Shown piece after piece: positions 10,193 to 19,030 of a stretch of DNA of 64,000 nt. The DNA is from Gemmatimonadales bacterium. GTDB lineage: Bacteria; Gemmatimonadota; Gemmatimonadetes; Gemmatimonadales; GWC2-71-9. The first letter of the stretch is position 1. Each line of letters opens with the position of its first letter. Below the pieces are notes generated by a model. It had not been told where the DNA came from, searched no databases, and saw nothing but the letters and a program-made list of their open reading frames with translations. The stretch lies in NCBI GenBank assembly GCA_038321865.1, contig JBBQFH010000011.1, positions 4,137 through 68,136 of the forward strand, in the 5' to 3' direction. The position numbers and the translations under genes are program-made.

Positions 10193-10224
10193 CCGGCGCC
10201 GCCGCCCGTCGATCCGGGGAATGC

Positions 10225-10896
10225 TCAGCCGGCGAAGCAGTAGCTGCAGCCCAGCTCCTGCGCGCGGCCCACCGCCATGACGCCCGACGGGACCACCTGC
10301 ACGCCCGGGTAGAGTCCGGCCACCCACTCGTTCTTCACCACCGTCGGATCCATGTTCATCTTCTTGGCCGCGGCGGCGCTGTAGACGGTGAGCGCCGCAT
10401 TGCAGGCGCCGACCAGCACACCCGACTTGAGCAGCTCGGTGATACCCAGTCCCGGGATCGGAAGGCCGGTGATCACGCCGTAGGGATTCGCCGTGGCCGG
10501 GACATCGCCGTTCTTGATGTCGAACATCTCGCCGAACTTGTACTTGGCCCAGACCGAGTCCTGCATCGCGAGTGGAATCGCCTCATGGCGCAGGATCACC
10601 ACGGCGGTGCCGGGCTCGCCGGGATAGGTCGCGCCCATGGTGAGGAGATAGACCCGCGGCCAGATGGCGCTGACCCCGTGATTTGCCATCGGCGCGTCAA
10701 AGACCTGGCGGTGCTTGCCGGTGATCTTGCTGAACCAGGCGTTGAGCGCGGGATCGGCGCCGGCCGAGCCGCGGCGCGGCTCGCCAGCGGAAAGGCCGGC
10801 CGGAACGGTGCCGCTCAACCCCAGCGCGGCGGCCGCCATCGCCATGCGGCCCAGAAAGCCCCGGCGCGGGGTGAATGAGGAAGAATCGGGATGCAT
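10225..10896 (-). CDS. Tat-exported protein of unknown function, possibly DsrE-like fold
   Basis: PRRGFL twin-arginine signal; HRQVFD, LRHEAI, GACNAAL, VVPSGV...AQELG; GGAGG RBS. Confidence 0.75.
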   Translation of the reverse strand: MHPDSSSFTPRRGFLGRMAMAAAALGLSGTVPAGLSAGEPRRGSAGADPALNAWFSKITGKHRQVFDAPMANHGVSAIWPRVYLLTMGATYPGEPGTAVVILRHEAIPLAMQDSVWAKYKFGEMFDIKNGDVPATANPYGVITGLPIPGLGITELLKSGVLVGACNAALTVYSAAAAKKMNMDPTVVKNEWVAGLYPGVQVVPSGVMAVGRAQELGCSYCFAG

Positions 10897-11070
10897 GGGG
10901 ACCTCCGTGGCGGATAAGTGATTGCGGACGATGACTCCGCAGAACCCAACGTATGGCGCATTCCCAATCTGGCAAGGGCGGCCGGCCGCGCCGGGCCATC
11001 ACAGCGGCGGGACGTCGTCGCGCGTAAGTTGGAAGTGGGTGACTCCTTCCGAACCCGATCCGAGGCCCGT

Positions 11071-12129
11071 ATGACCATACGCTCGATTCTCGTCCCGGCA
11101 TTGACGCTCGGCCTGGCGCTGGGCGCACATCATGCCGCGAGGGCGCAGACCTTCACGGCCACCAAATACGCCATCGGCGGCGACGGTGGCACCGACTATG
11201 TCCAGGCCGAGCCCGGCACCGGCCGCGTGTTCGTGTCCCGCGGCACCCACGTGATGGTGGTCGACGGCGCGACCGGCAAGGTGCTGGGCGACATTCCCAA
11301 CACCCCGCGCATGCACGGCATCGCGCTCGCGGCGAAGCACGGGCACGGCTTCATCACCAGCGCCGGCGATTCCACGGTCGAGATGTTCGACCTGAAGACC
11401 CTCGCGGTGACGCGACGCATTCCGATCCCGACCGGCGGACTCGACGGCATCATGTATGACGAGTCGTCTGACCGGATCATTCTCACCAACCACAGCCGGC
11501 CGATCGGCACCGTCGTGGCGCTCGACGCGAACAGTGGCGACATCGTCGGCACGGCACAGCTGGAGGACACCGGTCCCGAAGGTGCCGCCAGCGACGGCAA
11601 AGGCCGGATCTTTGTCAACAACGAGGGCACTAGCACCATCCAGGTGATCGACGCAAAGAGCATGAAGGCCACTGCGTCGTGGCCGCTCGCGCCGTGCGAG
11701 GGTCCCACCGGCATCGCCTACGACCGCGCCTCCAATCGGATCTTCTCCGGCTGCGGCAAGACGTCGGTGGTGGTGGACGCGAAGTCGGGGAAGGTCGTCG
11801 CGACGATCGCCAACGGCGACGGCGTCGACGCGCTCGGCTGGGATCCGGTGCAGAAGCTGATCTACATCCCCGCAGGGCGCGACGGTAACGTTACCGTGGT
11901 GCACCAGGACTCGCCAAACAAGTACACGGTGGTCGCGACCGTCGCCACGATGCGCGGCGCCAAGACGATCACGGTGGACCCGGTGCGGCACGTGGCGTAT
12001 CTGTTCCAGCCCGAGTACGGGCCGCCGCCGGCCCCGGCGCCCGGCACCACCGCGCCGGCACCGCAGCCGGGGTTCCGGGGGCCGCGCGGCCCGGTGATCG
12101 GCGCCTGGTTCTTCGCCATCAGCCACTGA
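11071..12129 (+). CDS. YncE/YVTN-type beta-propeller protein, exported
   Basis: Signal peptide; GGDGGTDY, HGIALA, repeated V-V-D blades, WPLAPCEGPTGIAYD, GAKTITVDP. Confidence 0.85.
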   Translation: MTIRSILVPALTLGLALGAHHAARAQTFTATKYAIGGDGGTDYVQAEPGTGRVFVSRGTHVMVVDGATGKVLGDIPNTPRMHGIALAAKHGHGFITSAGDSTVEMFDLKTLAVTRRIPIPTGGLDGIMYDESSDRIILTNHSRPIGTVVALDANSGDIVGTAQLEDTGPEGAASDGKGRIFVNNEGTSTIQVIDAKSMKATASWPLAPCEGPTGIAYDRASNRIFSGCGKTSVVVDAKSGKVVATIANGDGVDALGWDPVQKLIYIPAGRDGNVTVVHQDSPNKYTVVATVATMRGAKTITVDPVRHVAYLFQPEYGPPPAPAPGTTAPAPQPGFRGPRGPVIGAWFFAISH

Positions 12130-12143
12130 GCGGCATGGCAATC

Positions 12144-12177
12144 GACGAAGCCCGGGAAGGAATTCCCGGGCTTCGTC
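12144..12177 (+). terminator. Perfect 15-bp stem-loop after the YncE-like gene
   Basis: GACGAAGCCCGGGAA-GGAA-TTCCCGGGCTTCGTC; no canonical U-tract. Confidence 0.6.
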
Positions 12178-12236
12178 ATGTCGATGCGCCGGCGCTCAGT
12201 CTTGCGGGCTTTGGGAGCGAGTGGCAGGTTCCGTCG

Positions 12237-14687
12237 ATGCCCGAACCCGACCCCAGCTCGCTCGAATCGCTCCGGGCCGGTCTCGCCGGCCGCTATGAGA
12301 TCGAGCGCGAGCTCGGCGCCGGTGGCATGGCGGTCGTCTACCTCGCCCGCGACACCGCCCGAAGCCGGCGGGTGGCGCTCAAGGTGCTCCGGCCCGTACT
12401 GGGCAGCATTGTGGGCGGGGACCGGTTTCAGCGCGAGATCGCCCTCGTCGCGCAGCTCGTCCATCCGCACATCCTGCCGCTGCTCGATTCCGGCGAGACC
12501 GCCGGGCGGCTCTGGTTCACCATGCCGTTCATCGAGGGCGAGTCGCTCCGGGCGTGGCTCGGCCGGGAGACTCAGCTTCCGCTGGGCGATGCGGTGCGGC
12601 TGACACGCGAAGTCGCCGGCGCGCTGACCCACGCACATGCCCGCGGCATCCTCCATCGCGACATCAAGCCTGACAACATCCTCCTGGCCGACGGCCACGC
12701 GCTGCTCGCCGATTTCGGCATCGCACGCGCGGTCGCCGGCGAAACCGGCGAGCAGCTCACCGGCACCGGCATCGCCGTGGGCACCCCCGGCTACATGAGT
12801 CCCGAGCAGTCCACCGCCGACCGCCACCTCGACGCCCGAAGCGACGTCTACGCACTGGCGTCGGTCTGTTACGAGATGCTGGCAGGGGAGCCGCCGTTCA
12901 CCGGGCCGACGGCGCAGGTGGTGATCGCCCGGCGCCTGTCGCAGCCGCCGCCTTCGCTCCGGACGACGCGTCCGGGCGTGCCGGAGGCGGTGGATGCCGT
13001 CGTCCGGCGCGGGCTCGCCTCCGCCCCGGCCGATCGATACGCCACCGCCGCAGACTTCTCCGCGGCGCTCGGCGCCGCCGCCGGCGGAGGCTCGCACGCG
13101 CCGCGGGCCCGGTCGCGCTGGCTACTGCCGGCCGTGGCCGCCGTGACGCTGCTTGCCCTCGGCGTGGCGGGCTATCGGCGGATGTCTCCGCGCCCGCCGC
13201 CCCGCGCGGCCGAGGCCGAGGGGGGCATCCGCCTCGCCGTGGTGCCGTTCCGCCTCATCGGCCACGACAGCGCCGACCAGTATCTGGCCGACGGCATCTC
13301 GCAGGAGATCAACTCCACGCTGTCGAACCTCAGCGGCCTCCGAGTCATCGCGCAGAGCTCGGTCGCGCCGGCGGCCGAAACTGCGAGGGGGCTGCGCGAA
13401 CTCGGCGCCGCGCTGGGCGCCGACGCGCTGGTCGAGGGAGACGTGCAGCATGCCGGCACCCAGGTCCGGGTCCGCGTCCGCTTGATCGATCCCGCCACTG
13501 AGGAAACACGGTGGAGCCAGGAGTTCGATCACACCACGCGGGACGTCTTTCGCATTCAGTCCGAGGTCGGGACTCGGGTGGCCGCGCTGCTCCGGATCCA
13601 GCTCGCGGAGCGCGAATCACGCTCGCTCGGCCGGCCGCCGACCACCAATCCCGAGGCCTACGACTGGTATCTCAGGGGCCGCGCGCAGGGGGACCGCACC
13701 ATCCCGACTCTCGGCGAGCTGGATTCGACCGTCACCAACCTGACGAGGGCGATCGAGCTGGACTCGACGTTCGCACTCGCGTGGGCGCTCCGCGCGCGGG
13801 CGCTGCAGCAGGCGGTCTTCGCCTTCGACGGCCAGGCGGCCCGGGTGAGCGAGGCCGAATCCGACGTGGCGCGGGCCCTCGCGCTCGACTCGACGCTGGC
13901 GGTCGCCTGGCAGGTGCGCGGCAGCCTCGCCTGGAACGCCGTGACGGGCTGGAACTTCGCGCAGGCGCTCGCTGACACCCGCCGCGCGCTGGCGATCAGG
14001 CCGAGCGACGCGGACGCGCATGCCGGTCTCGGCTCGCTGTACTTTCACTATGGCTTTCCCGAGGAGGCGGCTCGGGAGCTCGCGCTGAGCCTCTCACTCG
14101 ATCCCCGGGACGGCTGTGACAATCCAGCCCGGTGCGCCGGCTTTTCCCGGCCACGCATCGCGCGAACATTCTGGTATCGCCAGCAGTTCGAGTCGGCGCT
14201 CGCCGTGTATCGGCGGATGCCGTTCCTCGGGCCGTGGACCTCGGAATACGCGGTGGTGCTGAATGGCGTGGGCCGCCCCGGGGAAGGGCTGGCGCTGCTC
14301 GACTCAACGTCGCAGGCGGGGCGGAACGTCGCCCAGGAAGCCGATCGGGAGGCGGCGCGCGGGCTGATGTATGCCGCGCTGGGGCGTCCGGACCAGGCGC
14401 TCGTCCGCCTCCGCGCCGCCGCAGCGAAGCCCATCAGCCGCTCGCATTTCCACCACGCTCAGTTCACCATCGCCTGTGCCTACGCGCGGCTCGGCCGGAA
14501 GGCGGACGCGGTCGGCTGGCTCGAGCGTGCCGCGGATAACGGCCTGCCCAACTATCCGCTGTTCCGGAACGATCCGAATCTCAAATCGCTGCAGGGGGAT
14601 GCGGCATACGAAGAGTTCATGAGGCGGCTGAAGGGGCAATACGAGCAGTATGCAGCGCTGGTGCACGCGCAGCCGGCGGTGCGATGA
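12237..14687 (+). CDS. Hanks-type Ser/Thr kinase with TM, TolB_N-like and TPR domains
   Basis: LGAGGMAVVY, VALK, HRDIKPDN, DFG, GTPGYMSPEQ; TM WLLPAVAAVTLLALGVAGY; LAVVPF...ADGI; TPRs. Confidence 0.92.
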   Translation: MPEPDPSSLESLRAGLAGRYEIERELGAGGMAVVYLARDTARSRRVALKVLRPVLGSIVGGDRFQREIALVAQLVHPHILPLLDSGETAGRLWFTMPFIEGESLRAWLGRETQLPLGDAVRLTREVAGALTHAHARGILHRDIKPDNILLADGHALLADFGIARAVAGETGEQLTGTGIAVGTPGYMSPEQSTADRHLDARSDVYALASVCYEMLAGEPPFTGPTAQVVIARRLSQPPPSLRTTRPGVPEAVDAVVRRGLASAPADRYATAADFSAALGAAAGGGSHAPRARSRWLLPAVAAVTLLALGVAGYRRMSPRPPPRAAEAEGGIRLAVVPFRLIGHDSADQYLADGISQEINSTLSNLSGLRVIAQSSVAPAAETARGLRELGAALGADALVEGDVQHAGTQVRVRVRLIDPATEETRWSQEFDHTTRDVFRIQSEVGTRVAALLRIQLAERESRSLGRPPTTNPEAYDWYLRGRAQGDRTIPTLGELDSTVTNLTRAIELDSTFALAWALRARALQQAVFAFDGQAARVSEAESDVARALALDSTLAVAWQVRGSLAWNAVTGWNFAQALADTRRALAIRPSDADAHAGLGSLYFHYGFPEEAARELALSLSLDPRDGCDNPARCAGFSRPRIARTFWYRQQFESALAVYRRMPFLGPWTSEYAVVLNGVGRPGEGLALLDSTSQAGRNVAQEADREAARGLMYAALGRPDQALVRLRAAAAKPISRSHFHHAQFTIACAYARLGRKADAVGWLERAADNGLPNYPLFRNDPNLKSLQGDAAYEEFMRRLKGQYEQYAALVHAQPAVR

Positions 14688-14702
14688 ACACCGCTGCACG
14701 GA

Positions 14703-16934
14703 TCAGGGGGTCAAATTCATCTTCCGCAGCAGCGCGCCGAACCGCGGGTTCGAGCGCAGGCTGGTGAAGAGGAACGACCCCTTGATGCCGTACACCCCTC
14801 CGGCCCGCTCCTCGTACGCCCGTTCCAGCAGATCCATCGCACGATCCTGATCGCCGAGCCCGGTGTGGATGTACGCCAGGTGATAGGGCGACACGTACCG
14901 CTCCGCCGCCAGCTGGTCGAGCCGGCGGAGGATTGCGTGCGCCTCGTCGGTCCGGCCGGCCATCGCATAGCCCTGGCCCAGCTGCGCCAGGTACATCGTG
15001 TCACCGGGAGAGAGGGCGGCCGACCGCTCCAGCTCGGCGAGCCCCTCCGTCACCGAACCGGTCAGCAGACAGGCCCAGCCGAGGGTGGAGCGGCCTCGCG
15101 CGTAGTCGGGCTCGAACTCGATGCACTCCCGGCCCGCGGCGAGCGCCTCGTCCGTGCGCCCGGCGCGCAGGAGCGCCGACGCCAGGTCCGCGCGGTGCAT
15201 CAGCGGATCGAGCTCGTGCGCCCGCCGGGTCAGCACGACCGCCTCGTCATAGCGCCCCTGCGCCGCACAGCATCGTCCGTACTGGTCGTAGGTGTCCGAG
15301 CTTCCCGGGCTCAACTCCAGCGCCATCTTGAACTCCGCCTCCGCGCCGGCCCAGTCGAAGCGCTGAACGAACTTGAGGAGGCCGCACACCGAGTGGGCCT
15401 CGCCCAGCGCGGGATCGATCGCCAGCGCGGCGTTGACCGCTTCGCTGGCCTGGCGGAACGATTCCTCGGGCCGATGGGCGCCGCCGCCCTGGCCCATGCC
15501 GCGCTCGGCGAAGATCTGGGCGATGCCGACGTAGGGGAGCGCGTAGCCGGGATCGAGCACGAGGGCGCGCCGGTAATACTCCACGGCTCGCTGCATCTCG
15601 TCCTCGGTGAAGCGGCCGTAGCACTGCCGCCCCTGCACGTAGAGCTGGTAGGCGTGGAGGTTCCGGGTCGGGGCCTCGTGAAGGCGGCTTCGCTCGTCGT
15701 GCGACAGCTCGGCCTTGAGCGCGCCACTGATCGCCAGCGCCACGTCGGTCTGGATGGCGAAGATGTCAGTGAGCTGCCGGTCGTAGGTTTCGGTCCAGAG
15801 ATGCTCGTCGCGCTCGGCGTCGATCAGCTGGGCCACGATGCGCACCCGGTCGCCGGCGCGGCGGACGCTGCCCTGGAGCAGGGTCGCCACGCCGAGGATG
15901 GCGCCGATCTCGCCCAGGCTCTGAAGGGTGTTCTTGAACGGCATCACCGAGGTCCGCGAGATCACCTTCATCGACCGGATCTTGGAGAGCTGGGCGATCA
16001 CGTCCTCGGTGATGCCGTCGGCGAAAAACTCGTTGTCGGGATCGGCACTGAGGTTACGGAACGGGAGCACGGCGACCGACGGCTGAAGCGGGAGCGACGA
16101 GGCCGGTCGGGCCAGCGCGGCGGCGAACGCCTCCGCCGTCGCGAAGCGGTCGGCCGGCGCCTTGGCGAGGGCCTTGATGATGGCCTGCTCGACCGCGGCC
16201 GGAACGGCGGGCCTGATCCGGCGGATGCCGGGCACGGGGGCGGTGAGATGGCGCGCGACCAAGGACTGGGCCGTCGGCCCGCGGAAGGGCGCCTCACCCG
16301 CCAGCATTTCGTAGAGCAGGCACGCCAGGCTGTAGATGTCGCTCCGCGCGTCGGTGTTCGGCTCGCCCATCGCCTGCTCGGGGCTCATGTACGCCGGCGT
16401 GCCGAGTGAGAGGCCGGTGGCGGTGAGCCGCTCGCCGCCGGCGGGCGTCGCCGCGAGCGCGATCCCGAAATCGCTCAGCACCGGGTGGCCGGCCTCGAGG
16501 AGGATGTTCTCCGGCTTGATGTCGCGGTGGACCAGCCCCTGCCGGTGGGCGAAGCCGAGGGCGTCGGCTACCCGGCGGGTGATCCGCAGCGCCTCGTCCA
16601 CCGGCAGCTGGCCGTCGCGCCGGAGCCGCTCGCGCAGCGACTCGCCGCCGATGAACGGCATGACGTAGAAGAGGAGCCCGCCGGCGTTTCCCGAATCGTG
16701 CACCGGCATGATGTGCGGGTGAGCCAGCCGCGCGGTGATGGCGATCTCGCGGAGAAAGCGCTCGGGGCCGAGCGCGGCGCCGAACTCGGGGCTGAGCACC
16801 TTGATGGCGACCTTCCGGCCGTGCTTCCGGTCCTCGGCGAGGTAGACGGTCGCCATTCCGCCGCGCCCCAGTTCGCGCTCGACGGTGTAGGCGCTGCCGA
16901 GCGAATTCTGGAGCCGCGTCAGGATATCGGGCAT
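14703..16934 (-). CDS. Hanks-type Ser/Thr kinase with TolB_N-like and TPR domains (no TM)
   Basis: LGRGGMATVY, HRDIKPEN, DFG, GTPAYMSPEQ; SVAVLPFRNLS...FADGITED; TPRs. Confidence 0.92.
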   Translation of the reverse strand: MPDILTRLQNSLGSAYTVERELGRGGMATVYLAEDRKHGRKVAIKVLSPEFGAALGPERFLREIAITARLAHPHIMPVHDSGNAGGLLFYVMPFIGGESLRERLRRDGQLPVDEALRITRRVADALGFAHRQGLVHRDIKPENILLEAGHPVLSDFGIALAATPAGGERLTATGLSLGTPAYMSPEQAMGEPNTDARSDIYSLACLLYEMLAGEAPFRGPTAQSLVARHLTAPVPGIRRIRPAVPAAVEQAIIKALAKAPADRFATAEAFAAALARPASSLPLQPSVAVLPFRNLSADPDNEFFADGITEDVIAQLSKIRSMKVISRTSVMPFKNTLQSLGEIGAILGVATLLQGSVRRAGDRVRIVAQLIDAERDEHLWTETYDRQLTDIFAIQTDVALAISGALKAELSHDERSRLHEAPTRNLHAYQLYVQGRQCYGRFTEDEMQRAVEYYRRALVLDPGYALPYVGIAQIFAERGMGQGGGAHRPEESFRQASEAVNAALAIDPALGEAHSVCGLLKFVQRFDWAGAEAEFKMALELSPGSSDTYDQYGRCCAAQGRYDEAVVLTRRAHELDPLMHRADLASALLRAGRTDEALAAGRECIEFEPDYARGRSTLGWACLLTGSVTEGLAELERSAALSPGDTMYLAQLGQGYAMAGRTDEAHAILRRLDQLAAERYVSPYHLAYIHTGLGDQDRAMDLLERAYEERAGGVYGIKGSFLFTSLRSNPRFGALLRKMNLTP

Positions 16935-17061
16935 GCCGGCGCCGCGCGCGGATGACATGTCGTAAGATGAGTGAGCGGGGGGCCCGGCGCCACGCTCGCG
17001 CTGGCGTCCGGCTCGGCGCGTCCTAGATTTGCCCCTCCCCCATTCCCGAGGCGGATCCGGC

Positions 17062-17502
17062 ATGGCCCACTATTCCATCAGCGTCGATATCGCCGCGCTA
17101 CCCGCACGGGTCTGGGCCGTGATGTGTGACGCGGAGCGCTGGCCCGAATGGACGACGACGGTCACCAGCATCCGGCGCCGGGACGGCGGCCCGCTCGCGG
17201 TCGGCAGCCGGGTCTGGATCCGGCAGCCGAATCTGCCGCCGGCGGCGTGGACAGTTACGGAGCTGGAGAACGGCCGCGGCTTCACCTGGGTGAGCGGGGG
17301 CCCCGGCATGCGAGTGACTGCGCGACACTGGATCGATCCGGTCGCGTCAGGAAGCCGGGCGACACTTTCCATTCACTACTCGGGCCTGCTCGCTCCGCTG
17401 CTCGCTCCGCTGCTCGCGTGGCTGACCCGCAACATCAACGATCGCTACCTGGCCATCGAGGCGGCGGGCCTCAAGGCCCGGAGCGAAGCCTTGCCCGGCT
17501 GA
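17062..17502 (+). CDS. SRPBCC (polyketide cyclase/START-like) protein
   Basis: SVDIAALPARVWAVMCDAERWPEW and C-terminal EAAGLKARSE helix. Confidence 0.85.
   Translation: MAHYSISVDIAALPARVWAVMCDAERWPEWTTTVTSIRRRDGGPLAVGSRVWIRQPNLPPAAWTVTELENGRGFTWVSGGPGMRVTARHWIDPVASGSRATLSIHYSGLLAPLLAPLLAWLTRNINDRYLAIEAAGLKARSEALPG
17386..17417 (+). repeat. In-frame 12-nt tandem repeat (CTGCTCGCTCCG x2.7)
   Basis: Read directly; encodes LLAPLLAPLLA. Confidence 0.85.
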
Positions 17503-17521
17503 ACCGAGCGCACTATGGTTT

Positions 17522-17559
17522 GTATACCAAGTATACTTTCGTAACCAAAGGCCGGTTAC
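17522..17559 (+). promoter_or_regulatory. Putative promoter/operator of the hxlR-RND operon
   Basis: AT-rich spacer; GTATAC twice (17522, 17531); TATACT -10-like at 17532-17537; inverted repeat GTAACC-N7-GGTTAC at 17541-17559. Confidence 0.55.
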
Positions 17560-17560
17560 C

Positions 17561-17914
17561 ATGAACGAACACAAGCGCTCCTGCTGTTCCAGCTTCCACC
17601 GCGCCATCGAGCTCGTCGGCCGGCGGTGGACCGGTGTGATCGTGTACATGCTGACCGAAGGGCCCAGCCGGTTCGCCGCCCTGAGTGCCCGGATACCCGA
17701 TATCACGCCGCGAATGCTGACCGAGCGGCTGCGCGAGCTCGAGCTCGAGGGAATCGTGGAGCGCTCGACTACGCCGGAGAGCCCGTACAGGGTCGAGTAC
17801 GCATTGACGAAGAAGGGACATGACCTGGCCGACGCGCTCCGGGGGATCGGCGCCTGGGCCAGGCGATGGCTGCCGAACGAAGCGCGCACGCGAACCACAA
17901 CCTCGAGGGATTGA
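17561..17914 (+). CDS. HxlR-family winged-helix transcriptional regulator
   Basis: AIELVGRRW, RF..L, PRMLTERLRELE, RVEYALTKKG; N-terminal CC. Confidence 0.9.
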   Translation: MNEHKRSCCSSFHRAIELVGRRWTGVIVYMLTEGPSRFAALSARIPDITPRMLTERLRELELEGIVERSTTPESPYRVEYALTKKGHDLADALRGIGAWARRWLPNEARTRTTTSRD

Positions 17915-17917
17915 CGA

Positions 17918-19030
17918 GTGAGCCAGACAAGTCGGACGGGCCGTTCCCGCACCATTCCGCTTCTCACTCTCGGGCTCCTGCTTTCACTGGGCTGCAAGAA
18001 GGCGCCGACACCGCAGGCGCCGCCGCCGGCCGAAGTGGGGATCGTCACCATGGAGCCGGCCGACGTGCCGGTGGCCTACGACTTCAGCGCCGAGGTGGCG
18101 CCGTATCGGCGGGTCGAGGTGAGATCGCGGATCGACGGCGTGATCCAGGCGCGGCCGTTCACCGAGGGTCAGGTGGTGAAGGCGGGCCAGGTGCTCTACC
18201 GCATCGACCCTATCCGGACCAACGCCACCTATGCCAGCGCCAGGGCCCGCTCGGACAACGCGCGCCGCACCCTCGAGCGGCTCGAACCGCTCGTCGCCGA
18301 TCACGCGGTGGCACAGCAGGACGTGGACAACGCGCGCGCCGATCTCGTTGCGGCGCAGGCCGGGCTGGCCGAAGCCCGGAAGGACGTGGACGATGCGGTG
18401 GTGCGGGCCGAGATCAGCGGCCGGGTGGGACGGGCGCTGCTGCAGGTTGGCGCACGGGTGACGGGGTCGAGCGATCTCCTCACCACGATCGACGTCAACG
18501 ATCCGGTCTACGTCATCTTCCGGCCCTCCACCCAGCAGCTGCTCGCCTGGCAGAAGGACTCGGCGGCTCGCGACCTGATCCGGCCGGGGAGCCCGCTCCA
18601 GATTCAGGTGACGCTCCCCGACGGGACCGTGCTGCCGCGGACGGCGCAGCTCGACTTCGTGGCGCCGTCACTCGATCCGGCCACCGGCACGCGCGAGCTG
18701 CGCGCCAAGTTCGCCAACCCCGATGGCATGCTGGCACCGGGCCAGTTCGTCCGCGTCCGGCTGATCGGCTTCATCCGTGACAGCGCGCTCGCCATTCCGC
18801 AGCGCGCGGTGCAGCAGGCGTTGGGCCGGCAGTTCGTGTACGTCGTGCTGCCGGGCGACACGCTGGGTGCCCGCGACATCGAGCCGGGGCCCTGGAGCGG
18901 CAACCAGTGGATCATCGAGAAGGGGTTGCGGCCTGGCGACCGCGTCGTGGTCGACGGCGCGCAGAAGACGGGGCCGGGTCGGCCCGTCCGTCCGGTGCCG
19001 CTGGCTGATTCGGCGCGGACCGCCAAGTGA
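17918..19030 (+). CDS. RND efflux periplasmic adaptor subunit (AcrA/MexA family)
   Basis: Lipobox LSLGC; VEVRSRIDG, GQVLYRIDP, DPATGT, LAPGQFVR. Confidence 0.93.
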   Translation: MSQTSRTGRSRTIPLLTLGLLLSLGCKKAPTPQAPPPAEVGIVTMEPADVPVAYDFSAEVAPYRRVEVRSRIDGVIQARPFTEGQVVKAGQVLYRIDPIRTNATYASARARSDNARRTLERLEPLVADHAVAQQDVDNARADLVAAQAGLAEARKDVDDAVVRAEISGRVGRALLQVGARVTGSSDLLTTIDVNDPVYVIFRPSTQQLLAWQKDSAARDLIRPGSPLQIQVTLPDGTVLPRTAQLDFVAPSLDPATGTRELRAKFANPDGMLAPGQFVRVRLIGFIRDSALAIPQRAVQQALGRQFVYVVLPGDTLGARDIEPGPWSGNQWIIEKGLRPGDRVVVDGAQKTGPGRPVRPVPLADSARTAK

